Source: Octopus vulgaris (Eukaryota). Taken from it: a stretch of DNA of 64,000 nt. Numbering within the stretch: position 1 is the first letter of the stretch; every line of letters starts with the position of its first letter. A program made the translations under genes and the position numbers. The notes beneath the pieces are model-generated. The model was not told the DNA's origin. It saw only the letters and a program-made list of their open reading frames with translations, and ran no database searches. Shown here piece by piece: positions 26,100 through 41,251 of the stretch. The stretch spans positions 25,482,001-25,546,000 of the forward strand of contig OX597827.1 of NCBI GenBank assembly GCA_951406725.2, given 5' to 3'.

Positions 26100-26909
26100 A
26101 CACTTACCTGTATATTGATATAAGTCTATATATATATATAACTGATATATATATATGCGTATACGGGCATGCGTATTTTATCTACCATTCTTTTAAATTC
26201 ACACACACAAACACACAGACACGCAAACATATCTGTGTGCGTGTACCTTGTATTGTGTGCGTGTATACCTACACATGAATAATATACTTAAACTTTATTC
26301 TCCTTTATTTGTTCCGTAGAAGATGGAACCTCCTTGTTTTGCTCAGTTTATGTATGTGATTGCTAATTATCACAATATTTTCAATAGAAGCTTGTTGATT
26401 TATGGAGTTTCATTAAGCGTTAATTTAATTTCACGTGGTTATTCTTTTGTAAAGAAATCTGAAAATATTTTATGCGGTACTAAAGCTGACACCAGGAAAA
26501 TTGCTTTCTGGAATGATACTTGCAAATACCCTTTCTGGATGTAACAACAAACGTGCGAAGAAATATACTGTGCATAATTTTTATTGAATGCATTTGAGCT
26601 GGTACATGCGTACACATACACTTACAGATGCCGCACGCATCCATTCAGCAATGGAGGTATTATGTAATACGTGCGTATATGTGATATGGAAATGCACAAT
26701 CATATATTATATATTAGCGCACCGTATTTGGTTATTTAGCTTTCATAACTCATACATGTTTTCGTATGTGTGTATTTCTTGTGAAAGGCGATTGAGCTTT
26801 ATTTGCTAATTTTCTCTTCTGGAATATTATATTTAAAGATACGTTCTTATTTAGAAATAAAGACAACAGTCATGAACATTTCGTTGTACAGGCATGTGAG
26901 TGTGAGTGT

Positions 26910-26997
<88 letters not shown>

Positions 26998-28045
26998 ATT
27001 GTAAATATTTTCTTTAGTTTTATAATTCAGTGTATCTAACGTACCCAAAGACATAAACTATGGCAAGCTTACTGCCAGGTAAAGCAAATTCATGGCCATT
27101 GAAAGATCGTCCTTTCAAATTTCGGCTCCGACAGAGACAGTAAGCAATTCGTTCCTAGTAAGTATAAAATTACGTACCTACTAAGTAAAAAATAGTAAGT
27201 AAAAAATAACGTCAGCACGACCCAACCCAACTCTACATGGAAGTTATAGGCTTAAAACGAACACCAATAACTGTTGTTAATGAAAAGGCTAAAATACATA
27301 GCTTATTTAATTAGGAAATAACATTTTCTACGTCAACACACGCCGCCACAAAAATCTATAATATACTTCTGCTTAAACGAATACCGATATTTATTGCTAA
27401 TCGTGAGGCTATGTATATAGATTATTACATAACTGAAAATATGGTAGGTTCTACGTCTGCATTTCACAGAAACTCGGTAATGTTTTAATAGGTTTAAACG
27501 AATACAAATATCTGTTTCAAATCTTCAGGCTAAAATCGATAGCTTATGATATAATTATGAACTCAGACGTTCTCACCTGCCGAATATTGATTACAAATGT
27601 TGGCACAGTGCCAGCAATTTCATGCAAAGAGAGAAGTGAATTACATCAACTGGTATTTTTTTAAGCGACCCTGAAAGGATGAAACGCAAAGTCTATCTCA
27701 GCACAATTTGAACTCAGGACATAAAGAATCGGAAAAATACTACCTGACGCTAACGATTCTGTCAGCTAGCCAACTTTATAAGCTGCTGATTTAGCTACAA
27801 TACCAGTAATATAATGTAAACTGTGCAGACTTGTCACACTCTATCTCACACTGTTTCTGTTGGTGAGTCATGTTAATGGTACACATATCGGTGGAACGCT
27901 TATCCCTTTACATATTAATTCAAGAGCAGATAAATTGGCGTGAATCCTCGTCGACGAAGATCCGCTCCTGTACATATATTTCAGAATGCAGTGACCATCT
28001 AACTGAGATGCCTTTTTTTCTCTCTCCATTTGTCTTTCTCTCCTC

Positions 28046-28092
28046 GTCTATCATTTCTGTTGAAGAGCTTATGCTCGAAACATAAAAGACTT
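28046..28092 (+). ncRNA. Minimal hammerhead-like motif, family D
   Basis: TTT-CTGTTGA-a-GAGC ttat GCTC-GAAA-CA-TA-AAAG. The core is variant. A homolog lies at 30140-30177 on the minus strand. Confidence 0.45.
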
Positions 28093-28407
28093 TTAAATTT
28101 CCTGAGAGTCAACTTAATATATTCTGTTTGTTTGTTCTTTGTCTCGCCTTCGTATGGTAACTGGTTTGTGTCCTAACTACATCCTTCCGGGTTCAGTCTC
28201 ACTGTGGGGTATCTTGGGAAAGTATCTTCTAATATATCCTCAGTCACAAATCTAATACAGGCATGGTAGGAACAAATTCCAGTGAACATTTAAAACGTTT
28301 TACCTCTGCTAGGTCAGCACAAGCAATACTCATCAACCTGGAACCAGTTTCAAAATTAGCGCCAAAAGTGCCTGTTTCTCATCAGACAAATATATGTACA
28401 TACACAC

Positions 28408-28469
<62 letters not shown>

Positions 28470-28472
28470 GTA

Positions 28473-28505
<33 letters not shown>

Positions 28506-28630
28506 CAACATCACAATCAAGGAACGGCCATAATAGGCCATTCACCCACTAGAAATAACAGCCAAAAGCTTTAACCGCAAAATAACATTAATTCCGTAAA
28601 CCAGGAGAAAATTGAAAAACTTTTACCCTG

Positions 28631-28739
28631 TATTTCTTAGACGATGCACCGTTTCATCTACCGTTTAATGGTAAACTAACCTGATTAAATTAAATCAAGC
28701 CAATCCACCATAGGCCCTTAGACTCATCAGTAAGAAATA
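28631..28739 (-). ncRNA. Type I hammerhead ribozyme with a long stem II insertion, family B copy 1
   Basis: TATTTCTTA-CTGATGA-GTCTA[insert with a 19-bp hairpin]TAGAT-GAAA-CGGTGCATCG-TC^-TAAGAAATA. The core is canonical, stem I is a perfect 9 bp, and the GUC site is at 28640. Confidence 0.88.
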
Positions 28740-29134
28740 GCCAAGTCGGAACAGATATTTTTCACGAGGCATTCCTCTTGCTACCTCGGCAATATCTGAC
28801 CTAAAATTTTCAAATCGTCGCACTCGCGCCAAATTTATCGGCAGCAAATAAATATAAGCCACCGATTCCATTACGGAACTAACCAGAAAATTCATAATTA
28901 ATCAATATAGGGTGGCAAAAAAAAAAAAAAAAAAATTTTTGTAGAATTCTTTTGCCACCAGCGGCCTAGTAGGAAAAAATTAAATAGTCATAAACTATTT
29001 TTACGTTCAACATCACAATCAAGGAACGGCCATAATAGGCCATTCACCCACTAGAAATAACAGCCAAAAGCTTTAACCGCAAAATAACATTAATTCCGTA
29101 AACCAGGAGAAAATTGAAAAACTTTTACCCTGTA

Positions 29135-29241
29135 ATTTCTTAGACGATGCACCGTTTCATCTACCGTTTAATGGTAAACTAACCTGATTAAATTAAATCA
29201 AGCCAATCCACCATAGGCCCTTAGACTCATCAGTAAGAAAT
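29135..29241 (-). ncRNA. Type I hammerhead ribozyme, family B copy 2
   Basis: Core and stems identical to copy 1 (8-bp stem I). The GUC site is at 29143. Confidence 0.88.
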
Positions 29242-30010
29242 AGCCAAGTCGGAACAGATATTTTTCACGAGGCATTCCTCTTGCTACCTCGGCAATATCT
29301 GACCTAAAATTTTCAAATCGTCACACTCGCGCCAAATTTATCGGCAGCAAATGGCAAAAGAATTCTACAAAAATTTTTTTTTTTTTGCCACCCTATATTG
29401 ATTAATTATGAATTTTCTGGTTAGTTCCGTAATGGAATCGGTGGCTTATATTTATTTGCTGCCGATAAATTTGGCGCGAGTGCGACGATTTGAAAATTTT
29501 AGGTCAGATATTGCCGAGGTAGCAAGAGGAATGCCTCGTGAAAAATATCTGTTCCGACTTGGCTATTTCTTACTGATGAGTCTAAGGGCCTATGGTGGAT
29601 TCTTGATTTAATATATATATTATAGATGAAACGGTATATTACAGGGTAAAAGTTTTCAATTTTCTCTGGTTTACGGAATTAATGTATATATGGGTGAATG
29701 GCCTATTATGGCCGTTCCTGATTGTGATGTTGAACGTAAAAATATTTATATATTTTTCCTATATGGTGCATTCTACAAAATACATACATTACATACATAC
29801 ATACATACATATATATATATGGGTGTTTCTTTGTAATCATATTTGCCTCCCACCACTGCTCGACAACCACTCTTGATGTGTTTACGGCTAGTAACTTAAA
29901 AGTTCGGCGGCAAAAGTGCCTGATTGAGAAAATCCCGGTTTTAAAGAAATAATTACTGGCATCGATTCATTCCGGTAAAAATATTTCAAGGGTCCAATGA
30001 CTGCAACAAG

Positions 30011-30048
<38 letters not shown>

Positions 30049-30051
<3 letters not shown>

Positions 30052-30189
30052 AGGGTTTACGAAAAAAACAAAAGACGAAGACAGGTGGTGTACAAAAAAA
30101 AAAACAGATGTATTAGTATAACGCTCAGGAATAGAAAAAGTCTTTTACATTTCGAGCCTACGCTCTTCTACAGAAAGGGACACAGAAAA

Positions 30190-30194
<5 letters not shown>
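30049..30194 (-). mobile_element. Short repeat (family D) between (TA)n tracts carrying a minimal hammerhead-like motif
   Basis: CTTT-CTGTAGA-a-GAGC gtag GCTC-GAAA-TG-TA-AAAG at 30177-30142. Related sequence lies at 28046-28145 and 35896-35972. Confidence 0.6.
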
Positions 30195-30240
<46 letters not shown>

Positions 30241-30265
30241 CATACACATATACATATATTTATAC

Positions 30266-30298
<33 letters not shown>

Positions 30299-31451
30299 TG
30301 TATGTGTGTGTGTGTCTATGTGTGTGTGTGTGTATGTGAATGTATATCAACTGAAAAATTGTTAATAATCAATAAATGAGCAAAATTGCAAAATTGAGGA
30401 GACTGATGAAGAGTTCGGATTGTCAGTGGCAAAGTGGAATTTACGAATGAAAATATAACGGACAGTAAATGTTCCTGTTGGGAATTGTTGGTGTGGAGTT
30501 TGTACTGATATAAAATGTCCCTATGTATCTGGATTGTGTAACATATATATTCTGTCATCTATAACAAAAGCTGTTGCATTAAATATTGCATCCTTCTGCA
30601 CAGTTAGGGATGCATCTTGTACAGTTATACTTCCCTTAGGAATGCGGTGTTAACATAGAGAGGAGCGAGTCTCCAAGAAGGAGAAAAATTATAAGGTTTC
30701 CGTTCTGCAGATCTAATATTTCATTATAACAGGAAAAAAAAATATATAATTTAAAATAGAATGTTTTATTGTTGGTTATACTAAGATCGAAATTATCGAC
30801 ACAGATATAAAAATGTGTCTAAAAGTAGAAGCAGATACACCAGGAATCGAACTATGAATCTAAACGCAAAACCAAGCGATCAATGGAAAGAGATAATATA
30901 TTTAGTATTGCATATTAGTTTCAACTATTTCTTTCATCCACTGAGAATAAAAATAAAAAACTTGTTACGATGGTTCCTTACACAGTCTCTATATTGATAT
31001 TACAAGATAATAAAACGAAAGTTCTCTCTTGTAATACTTACCAAAAATTCGAAGAAATAATGATATAAAAAAATTCAAAGAAAAAACTTCTTAGACAAGC
31101 AATAGCAATTGCAAGAAACAAACAAGTAAAACTTCAGTGGTAAATCAAACTGCAGACAAGAAAGAATTGTAGAAAGTTTCATAAGTTGATTATAGCCAAA
31201 ATGGCGACGTTGTTGAAAATGGCGACAACAAGTACGACGAGAAATAATAATTAAAAGATATAATATGATCAAAGTGATTGCAGAGAAGGAATTTGGTTGG
31301 TTAAATGAGCGACCACGAGAACGTGTAGGTTCATGCGACAACAAACTACTAAGAAAAGTATGACGCTACCGCTGAGTATGATAGCGAACAGTAACTACAG
31401 CAATATTGGTGTATGCAGATGTTTTTTCCATAAATGTGCTTATACTCACAA

Positions 31452-31531
<80 letters not shown>

Positions 31532-32097
31532 AAACGACAGACTATGCTGACGATCTTGCAGATGTTTGCGCATCCATATACGTAAATAATAACAAGTGAA
31601 ACTAATTAGTACATAGGTAATCGTGTTTTATTTCGTATATTTTCATTTGTTTTGCTTATTTTTACACTTTGGTTTTTTGCTGAATTGTTTCTTGAGAACA
31701 CATTCTTCGTGGTAAATGGCGAATTTGACGTCTATTTCTAGCATACAGACTGTCCACTATTAGCGGTCATTCCTCTAAATTTTGTATATATATATATATA
31801 TATATAATACATGTGTGTGTATGTGTGTGTATGCGAGTCAGTGATTGTGAATGTGTACATATACGTTTTTCTAAATGGTAATGCGTCTATACATGAAAAT
31901 GTATATGAATAGATGTGTGCATGTATGTCAATGTATGTATATGTGTAAGTATATGAGCAAACATATGCAATCAATTTCTATGTAACTTTTGATTTCTTTT
32001 TTAATGGTGGATAAGTTTGTTCGCGCGATCAAGTTTAACATATAGCTACATAAATACACACATGCATTCACACATAACTATATACATATTTACATGC

Positions 32098-32170
<73 letters not shown>

Positions 32171-32965
32171 TATATATATATATATGTATGTGTATGTATA
32201 TGTATATCAATATATATATGCGCGATCATGTTTATCATATAGATAAATACATACGTACATGCATGCATACACACATAGTTATATACATATTTACACACAC
32301 ACACACACATACATATATATATGTATGTGTGTGTATGTATATGTATATAAATAAATATATATATATATATACATACATACATACATACATATATAATATA
32401 TATATATATATATGCGTATATGAAAAAAGTCATATATAGATATGCTAATATGACTATATACATGCGTACATTCGCAATTACATTTTTGTGATCCAACAGG
32501 AGGAAGTAAAAGAAAAAAAAATGTGCTGTTTCTTGCTTTCTAAATTAATTTACATCGTTCGATTCACACCTGTATTTTTTAAAACAGATTTCTTTGTTTC
32601 TATGTGACAATAAAAAGTGTTTTATTTAGAATCAGCATTCGATCATACTGCCGTCTGCATAAACCCATAACTGTATCGCATTTTCTTAGAAAAGTACTTT
32701 TGTTTACACCCACCATCTCTGTGTATGTATGTATGTATGTATGTATGTATGTATGTATGTATGTATGTATGTATGTATGTATGTATTTATGTATGTATGT
32801 ATGATTGTATTTATGTATATATGCATGTATGTATGTATTTGTATGTATGTATGCAGGCATGTATGCATGTATGTTTGTATTTATGTATATATGTATGTAT
32901 GCGTGTATATGTCTGTCTATGTATGTATGTATGTATGTATGTATGTATGTATGTATGTATGTATG

Positions 32966-33007
<42 letters not shown>

Positions 33008-33036
33008 CCTACCTATCTATATATCTATCTATATAT

Positions 33037-33068
<32 letters not shown>

Positions 33069-33115
33069 ATATCTATCTATCTATCTATCTATCTACCTGT
33101 CTGTCTGTCTGTCTT

Positions 33116-33169
<54 letters not shown>

Positions 33170-33170
33170 C

Positions 33171-33230
<60 letters not shown>

Positions 33231-33344
33231 GTATGCGTGTGTGATATTACATAGCAAAAGATTTTGTGTTTCACAGTTCGCTCTAATCTCCATCATACTG
33301 CTGACTATATAATATTGCTATCCGTATCTTCAAAACGTCGTTGT

Positions 33345-34370
<1,026 letters not shown>

Positions 34371-34644
34371 AGGATTAAACTAATAGAACAAAACATTAAC
34401 GATGATACATATATAGATAAAATTGTGCAAGAGAGAAAAAAAAGTAACAGAATAAAACGAAACGTAATCTTACGCTGGTGTCACTTTATTTTTTTTCATA
34501 ATCTTTCGACAATTGATAATTATCTTCAAACGGTGCCTTCTTTCTGTCAGTCTGCCTATCTGTCAGTTTGTTACTCTATACAATATGCGAGTGTATCTGT
34601 GCACACACACACTCACAAACACACAAACACACATATATTGATAG

Positions 34645-34940
34645 AAATGGCAAGACAACAAAAGAATGAAAGAGACCTCGATATTATGTAAATAGGGGAA
34701 TTTATCTGTAAATATAATATGTGACAATTATTCGGTAGCCATCATAAAACTCCGAGTTTCAGATGTCGGGGCGGAAACCCACGCCGGTATCTCTTCAGTT
34801 ATCGGGCCATCGAAAATTTTCTTAGCATTTTTTTCGATGGCCCGATAACTGAAGAGATCTCGGATTGAGTTTCCACCCCGACAACCAAAACTCGGAGTTT
34901 TATCATGGCTACCGAATAATTGTCACATATTATATTTACA
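34645..34940. mobile_element. Family C repeat arranged as a ~230-bp palindrome, with a hammerhead-like motif on the minus arm
   Basis: 34708-34817 is inverted against ~34830-34940. Minus strand 34802-34744 reads ATAA-CTGAAGA-GAT..ATCT-GAAA-CTC g GAG-TT-TTAT. The + arm has GAAA changed to AAAA. Confidence 0.75.
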
Positions 34941-34947
34941 TACATAT

Positions 34948-35009
<62 letters not shown>

Positions 35010-35819
35010 GACCAAAAGGCACAGTTATGTACCTTTATACATACGTGCGTGTGTTATAGAACGTATTCATATATTATGTGTGCATATATTATACGTTTTA
35101 AATATTGAGCATTTCATCACTTGTCACCATATAACGATTATTAACATGTTGACAGCGGAAATAATAATATTATAAACACTGCAACTCCAACATTGCATTA
35201 TCGTTTATTTAAGTCGAGAAATTTTAACTAGATCTCTCCCGAACATAGACACATCAAATACTCTAGTAGTTTCGCCGAAAAGTGTCCCAGATTTCATCCA
35301 AGTGATGAACAGACGCACTCATTGAGTACTACAGTGCGTCACTTAACCTTTTACCAAAACATGTGCAATTACCATAGCCTAAACGCAGAATCACAGTAAC
35401 ACAGCGTGATACAGCGATGGTCTTTTGAAAGATAGTGATCTCTCTGTTTTGGCAAAAGAACTTATTGAATCAATAACAAATATCACTAGATGATGGGCGA
35501 ATGGAAAGTCAACAAACTGTCAACAGAGAGAGGATCAACCAGTTTCGTGATTGTTTAAGGCATTTTCTTGAGAAAATACAAACACGGTCCCCAGCTACCT
35601 TTTACTTGTTTCATTCATTTGGTTGCGGCGATGTTGGAGCACCGCCTTGAAGGGTTTTAGTCAAACAAACTGACCACATAGTTTATTTTTCTTTTTAAGC
35701 CTAGTACCTATCGTATCAGCCTCCTTTACCGAACCGCTAATTTACGGGGATATAAATGCACCAACACCGGTTGTCAAGCGGTGATGGGGGTAAAAACACA
35801 GGCACACACACACATACAC

Positions 35820-35887
<68 letters not shown>

Positions 35888-35971
35888 TATATATATATTC
35901 CCGAGCGTCAAACTAATACACCTGTTCTTTATACACCTGTCTTCGTCTTTTGTTTTTCTGTAAATTTCAAC

Positions 35972-36051
<80 letters not shown>

Positions 36052-36429
36052 CAGGCTTCTTTCAGTTTCTGTCTACCAAATCCACTCAGAAGGTTTTGGT
36101 CGGCCCCAGGATATAGTAGAAGACACTTACCGAAGGGGCCACTGTGTGGCACCTTCGATAAGTGTGGTTGACGAAGTAAGCTTGTACTCATGCACCCATG
36201 CTACATTTGTTTGCTATATATATTTTTTTCTTTTCATACAAGATACCATGCTGTCTTAGATATGGTGCCTAAAGTGCCCGAGTGATTACTGCAGAGACTT
36301 TTCACTGACGCTCTTAGAATTCTGCTAATCCACTGGACTGAACTGGATTTTATCGACCCCAGGATTTGAACTCAGAACATAAAGATCCTGGACACTTGTT
36401 CCTCACTTTTGCTTTCTACTGTAAGCCAA

Positions 36430-36580
36430 GCGTTCGATGCTCTGACTGTTTTCCCAATTTTGCCTCAATTCGGTTTCTGTCATCAATAATCTTGGAAACG
36501 GCACGAACAAGGTGCAAACTCATTTCCTTTCCGGCAAAATCGTTTCGAAATTTGCGCAGCCAAAGGGGAAAAATAAAAAC
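36430..36580 (-). pseudogene. Possible mariner HTH fragment
   Basis: WLRKFRNDF..SKIIDD..IEA resembles the mariner pattern WFxKFRxG..RPxxIDD. The match is short. Confidence 0.3.
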
Positions 36581-38053
36581 GAAATCAATATCGATTTCTG
36601 AAGATATTCGGACATCCAAATAATTATCTGAACAACTTACTACCTTTCGTTTAGAAATCTGTCAGAAACGCAAAAACAAAAACAAAACGAAAAAGAAAAA
36701 AAACATAAAACAATAAAAAATATAGACTTTTTTAGACGAGATATAAATGTCTAATTAAATATGACATAGGAAATGTAATTGTAAGCAATTTGGATGATGA
36801 TGATGCTGATGATGATGATAATAGTAATGAAATAATGAGATGTCTATAGTTTGATTCGATGCTAAATAATCACATCCCACTTCACCTTGCTATAAACGGA
36901 ATTGTTAATGATTTGATGTGTTAACATTAATGTTAGCGAAAAGAAACATATTTATGTCGAGAATAAAAAAAAGAAAAGGACGAACGTTTTGATCAAGAAA
37001 TAGAAAGAAATGGAGAGAATTGTATGGAAAAGATAATATTAACAATATCGATGCAGCTTCCTTCTCGTTTTTTGTTTTGTTGTTTTATTCAATCATCTCT
37101 TAGTCTTCAAGGGGAAACTGAAATTGAAGACTCGGAACGAGTATTAAAAGTATATCGTTTATCGAAACAGCGGAGGTCTGCGGTGCCATAGAGCAACTGG
37201 TGATTAAATATGGTTTTAGCTGAATCGTTCACCATATGGTTTTCATCTGGTGACCTTTCATTGAATAACAATTCACATTACTGCTGTATGTCCTAGCATC
37301 TACTGCCTTTCACATATATTCCATCGAGGTAGACTGGGCGAAGAAGATATACTTCACTTATTTGCGAAAGCGTGAAGAAATAGCAGTCAAATCCTGCTCA
37401 AACTAAACCGCACAACCTTACAGGTTAAATAATGCTTTGCTTAAGGCTGTTCTCAGTTGTGCATCCTTACATGAAAGAGGGAATCAAAGGGCTTTGGTTA
37501 CAATTTTGTTTCATCAATGCCGACCTGGGGTTATACATCGTAACTCACTATTTCCAACAAGGAAAACGCTTCAGTGGTCAAACTTCGAGCAAGAAGTAAG
37601 AGCTAAATTTTAGCAAATCGCTATCATTTAAATAAAGAACATGCCGGATGATATCGTCTTACTATTTAAAATAAAATGCAGGACGGTCACGGTTGGAACG
37701 CCTTTGTTAATGGTCAGTGGGATTATTGAGATCAGTGCTGACATAAGACTAAATCGTAGTAACAATTTAACATCAACTGAAGAACTGATCTATACTTTTT
37801 GAAGAGCTGATGTTTATTATACTTTTACTAGAGGTTTGATAGTGACTTCGCAGTTTTGGTCTACTAACCGTCATGAGTCTGACGAAGGGTGGTCGACCAT
37901 TTTCTTATAAAAGTATTATGATATATATGTGTAACTGTCTATGTGTGGTGCACACACACACCTACACACACCCACACCCACCTACACACAGCTACACAAA
38001 CCCACCCACCCACCCACCTACACACACACACCTACAAACATACGCCCCACCGC

Positions 38054-38088
<35 letters not shown>

Positions 38089-38241
38089 TATATACAAGCA
38101 GAAGGACCCGGTTTCACTCGGGTTATAAACTCATAGCCTTAACACTGTTCTCTTTGCCTGTAGTGTAAGATTAGTACATAGTACTCAATGGTTTTACACT
38201 TTTGTACATTGCGTGCACATACTCTTCACGTAAGTGCTCCT

Positions 38242-38720
38242 TTATATACTATGTCTTTCTAGTTTATCACTGAGAATGTAGAGGTTCTCTTCATCTCCAA
38301 CTCTGGAACATCCATCATACAGCTGACCTGGTGAGAAGCATGGCTGAAGAAGGTTAAGTCCCACCACCTTTAGAGATTGACCTTGTGCTTTGTTGATAGA
38401 CATTGCAAAGCTCAGTTTGACACGAAACTGCAGTCTTTTGAACTGAAAAGGGAGATCATATGAGATGAGAGGTATCCTTGGAATGAAGACATTTTCACAC
38501 ATCATGTTGCCTGTAACTATTGTTGCTTCCAGCTGATGGCGCATGATTGCTTTAGCAACAAACCCTGTTCCATTGCAGAGACTGTGGGCATCAAGGTTTC
38601 TTAAGAGCATTATAGAAGAACCTATTTTCATGATCAGAATGTGTGGCAGAAACCCTAGTGGTTGAAATAAATTGAGGAACTCCATAGGGTAATGCGTTGC
38701 CTGCCCGTGATCAGGGACAG
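38242..38720 (-). pseudogene. Helitron PIF1-family helicase C-terminal fragment
   Basis: PH.L.MKIG..IMLLRNLD..LCNGT..VFIPRIPLI..FKRLQF.VKLSFAMSINKAQGQSL..VGL..CFSPGQLY.GCSRVG. The N-terminal motifs and Rep domain are absent. Confidence 0.92.
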
Positions 38721-39801
38721 AGTCATTTGATCTGTACTTTCACATAGTCACTTGTGGCTTTTGTAGTTTGTGGCATGCATGTACGTAAGGCATGCGTACA
38801 TATGCGGCTAGCATTTATGCAAATAGTACAGATAACAAAACATGGGTGATAAAACATGTTTATTAACATCGTAATTTTCACACTTGTTTCCATACCGAAA
38901 TTAATCGACCCCGAAAGGATGAAAGACAAAGTTGACCTCGGAGGAATTTGAACTCAGAGTGTAAAGACGGGGGAAATAACGCAAAGAAGTTTTCCGAGTA
39001 TGCTTGTGATTCTATCAGCTCGCCGCCTTTTTCCTTATTGCCCACAAGGAGCTAAACATAGAGGGACAAATAAGGACAGACAAAGGGATTATGTCGATTA
39101 CATCGAACCCAGTGCGTAACTGGTACTTATTTAATTTAATCGAACCCGAAAAGATGAAAGGCAAAGTCGACCTTGCGGAATTTGAACTCAAAATGCTAAG
39201 CATTTCGCCCGGCGTGCTAACGATTCTGCCAGCTCGCCGCCTTTTACGTTCACATATTGATGTTGATATAATCGAGATTACTCTCCTCCTAACATTTGAT
39301 GCGATGTACTTGTAATACAAAGCTATCTAATGCAAGATGAACGAAGGTAAATAGAATACAAACCGGAGATTCATTCAGAAAAAAATTAGGGACATATTTC
39401 AGTTAAATAAATATACGATTCCAGTAAAGGATTCAATATAATGCTGCCATATTTTGTCAATAGCAGTCAAATTTCATTTAAACTATATTGAGAGAAAACA
39501 TATGATTAGGGAGAAACACGGTGTAATTCGTGGTTTAAAGGTTACAGTATTCGACATATTGAATATTCGTCTTGATGTTAGGAAGACATTTATAGAAGTG
39601 TATTTACTGAAAGATGAAAGGAAAGGTCGCCATATTCCATAATGTCGGTTTCTCTGTAGAGTGTATTGATTGAGAAGACAGAGAACATTCTGCTTATATA
39701 TATGTGTGTATACATGCGGATATGTTTATATATATGTATATATGTGTCTATGTTTATATATATATATATATATATTTAAACACACATTTATATATATTTG
39801 T

Positions 39802-39846
<45 letters not shown>

Positions 39847-40559
39847 TGAGTGTGTATATATATAATTCAGTGTTATTGAATGTTATATTTACACATACAG
39901 TGTAGCTCTCTCTCACTCTCCTTCTCTCTCTCAATATATATATATGTGTTTGTCTGGGTGTGAAAAGGGGGGTGAAGAGAGTGAGGGAGAGAGAGAAACA
40001 GAGAGAAAGAGAGAGAGAGAGAAAGAGAAAGAGAAGCAAATATTATATAGCAATAAGTATATTTGTACTGAGACGCAAGTTGTGTTTCTTGATGTTGGTA
40101 GTGGAGGTTTTTAGCCCTCATTCAGATCTTGCCAGGTAGGTCTATTAATTGCGGTTTCACAGCAATCAATCCATCTCTCTAATCATACGCAATATATCAT
40201 CATATCTCAGTATCATTTATTATCAAATATTTATTTCATCATATCAACGTGGTTAGGTATGACTTTAGGAAGTCTGTGGCTGCTATTCCTAGTTGGCACT
40301 CAGCTTAAACGCATTCAGATAGATTCAAAGCTTCAAAGTAAAACTATACATACATACATACATACATACATACATACATACATACATACATACAGGTATA
40401 TATGTGTATGTGTGTGTGTATTATGTAGATGAGGTTATAATCTAAGGACATCTGCTTATTCCAGTATTCCAAAGACACATCTGTTTATTCCAGTATTCCA
40501 AAGACGTATGCAGATAATATATTTGTGTGAGGTACGTATAAGAGTGGAAAATAGAAGGA

Positions 40560-40888
40560 AGAACCCCTACGGTCCTGAATGACCGTGGGATTGCACCTAG
40601 AAAGTTCCCCTCCGAGGTACAAGTCTGGGCAAGGTTGTTTATAGAAGGCCAGCTGTCGCCCATCCATACCAGCCTCCTCTCTCCACACCACCGATGTTAT
40701 CCAAAGGAAAGGCAAAGGGGCTGATACAACTTGGCACGTGTGACGTCGCAACTCATTTCTACAGCTGACTGAACTGGAGCAACGTGAAATAAAGTGTCTT
40801 GCTCAAGACCACAATACGTAGCCCGGTCCGGTATTCGAACTCACGATCGTAAGCTCGACGCCCTAACCACTGGACCATATGCCTTCAC
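40560..40888 (-). mobile_element. Third tRNA-headed SINE family
   Basis: The head GTGAAGGCATATGGTCCAGTGGTTAGG..GAGTTCGAATACC carries A and B boxes, followed by TTGAGCAAGACACTTTATTTCACGTTGCTCCAG. A degenerate relative lies at ~14900-15030. Confidence 0.75.
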
Positions 40889-41140
40889 ATTTTAATATAA
40901 CTATATATCAAAACACGAGACTGGAAATACGTTTTGGTATTATTGTTTCACAATTTCACGTCTTTCATTTGCTAAGAGGAGTTACAAAATTGTACATGTA
41001 GGGAAAGTGTATAGGTCTGAAGATTTTCTAATGGATGTCTGAGGTGTTTCTCCTGCTTGGAAGTCCCTTTAGCCTTTTAGACAATGCAACACGTGTAAGG
41101 GTGAATAATATCAAAAACTGTGTCCAATCTTCTGTTTTGA

Positions 41141-41251
<111 letters not shown>

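Larger units (their letters stand above)
28505..29780 (-). mobile_element. Hammerhead-bearing ~502-bp tandem repeat plus inverted copy (non-autonomous Penelope-like element or retrozyme, family B)
   Basis: Units are 28505-29006 and 29007-29351 (partial). An inverted copy runs 29352-~29780. Flanked by (TA)n and (CATA)n. Confidence 0.88.

Noticed and set aside
31198-31230. Tandem AAAATGGCGAC (YY1-like), and AGGTCAAAGGTCG (DR1-like) at ~51315
   Set aside because: Short motifs with no adjacent gene or other support.
38242-38685. Host PIF1 helicase gene
   Set aside because: An isolated intronless C-terminal piece of Helitron type, with substitutions in conserved motifs.
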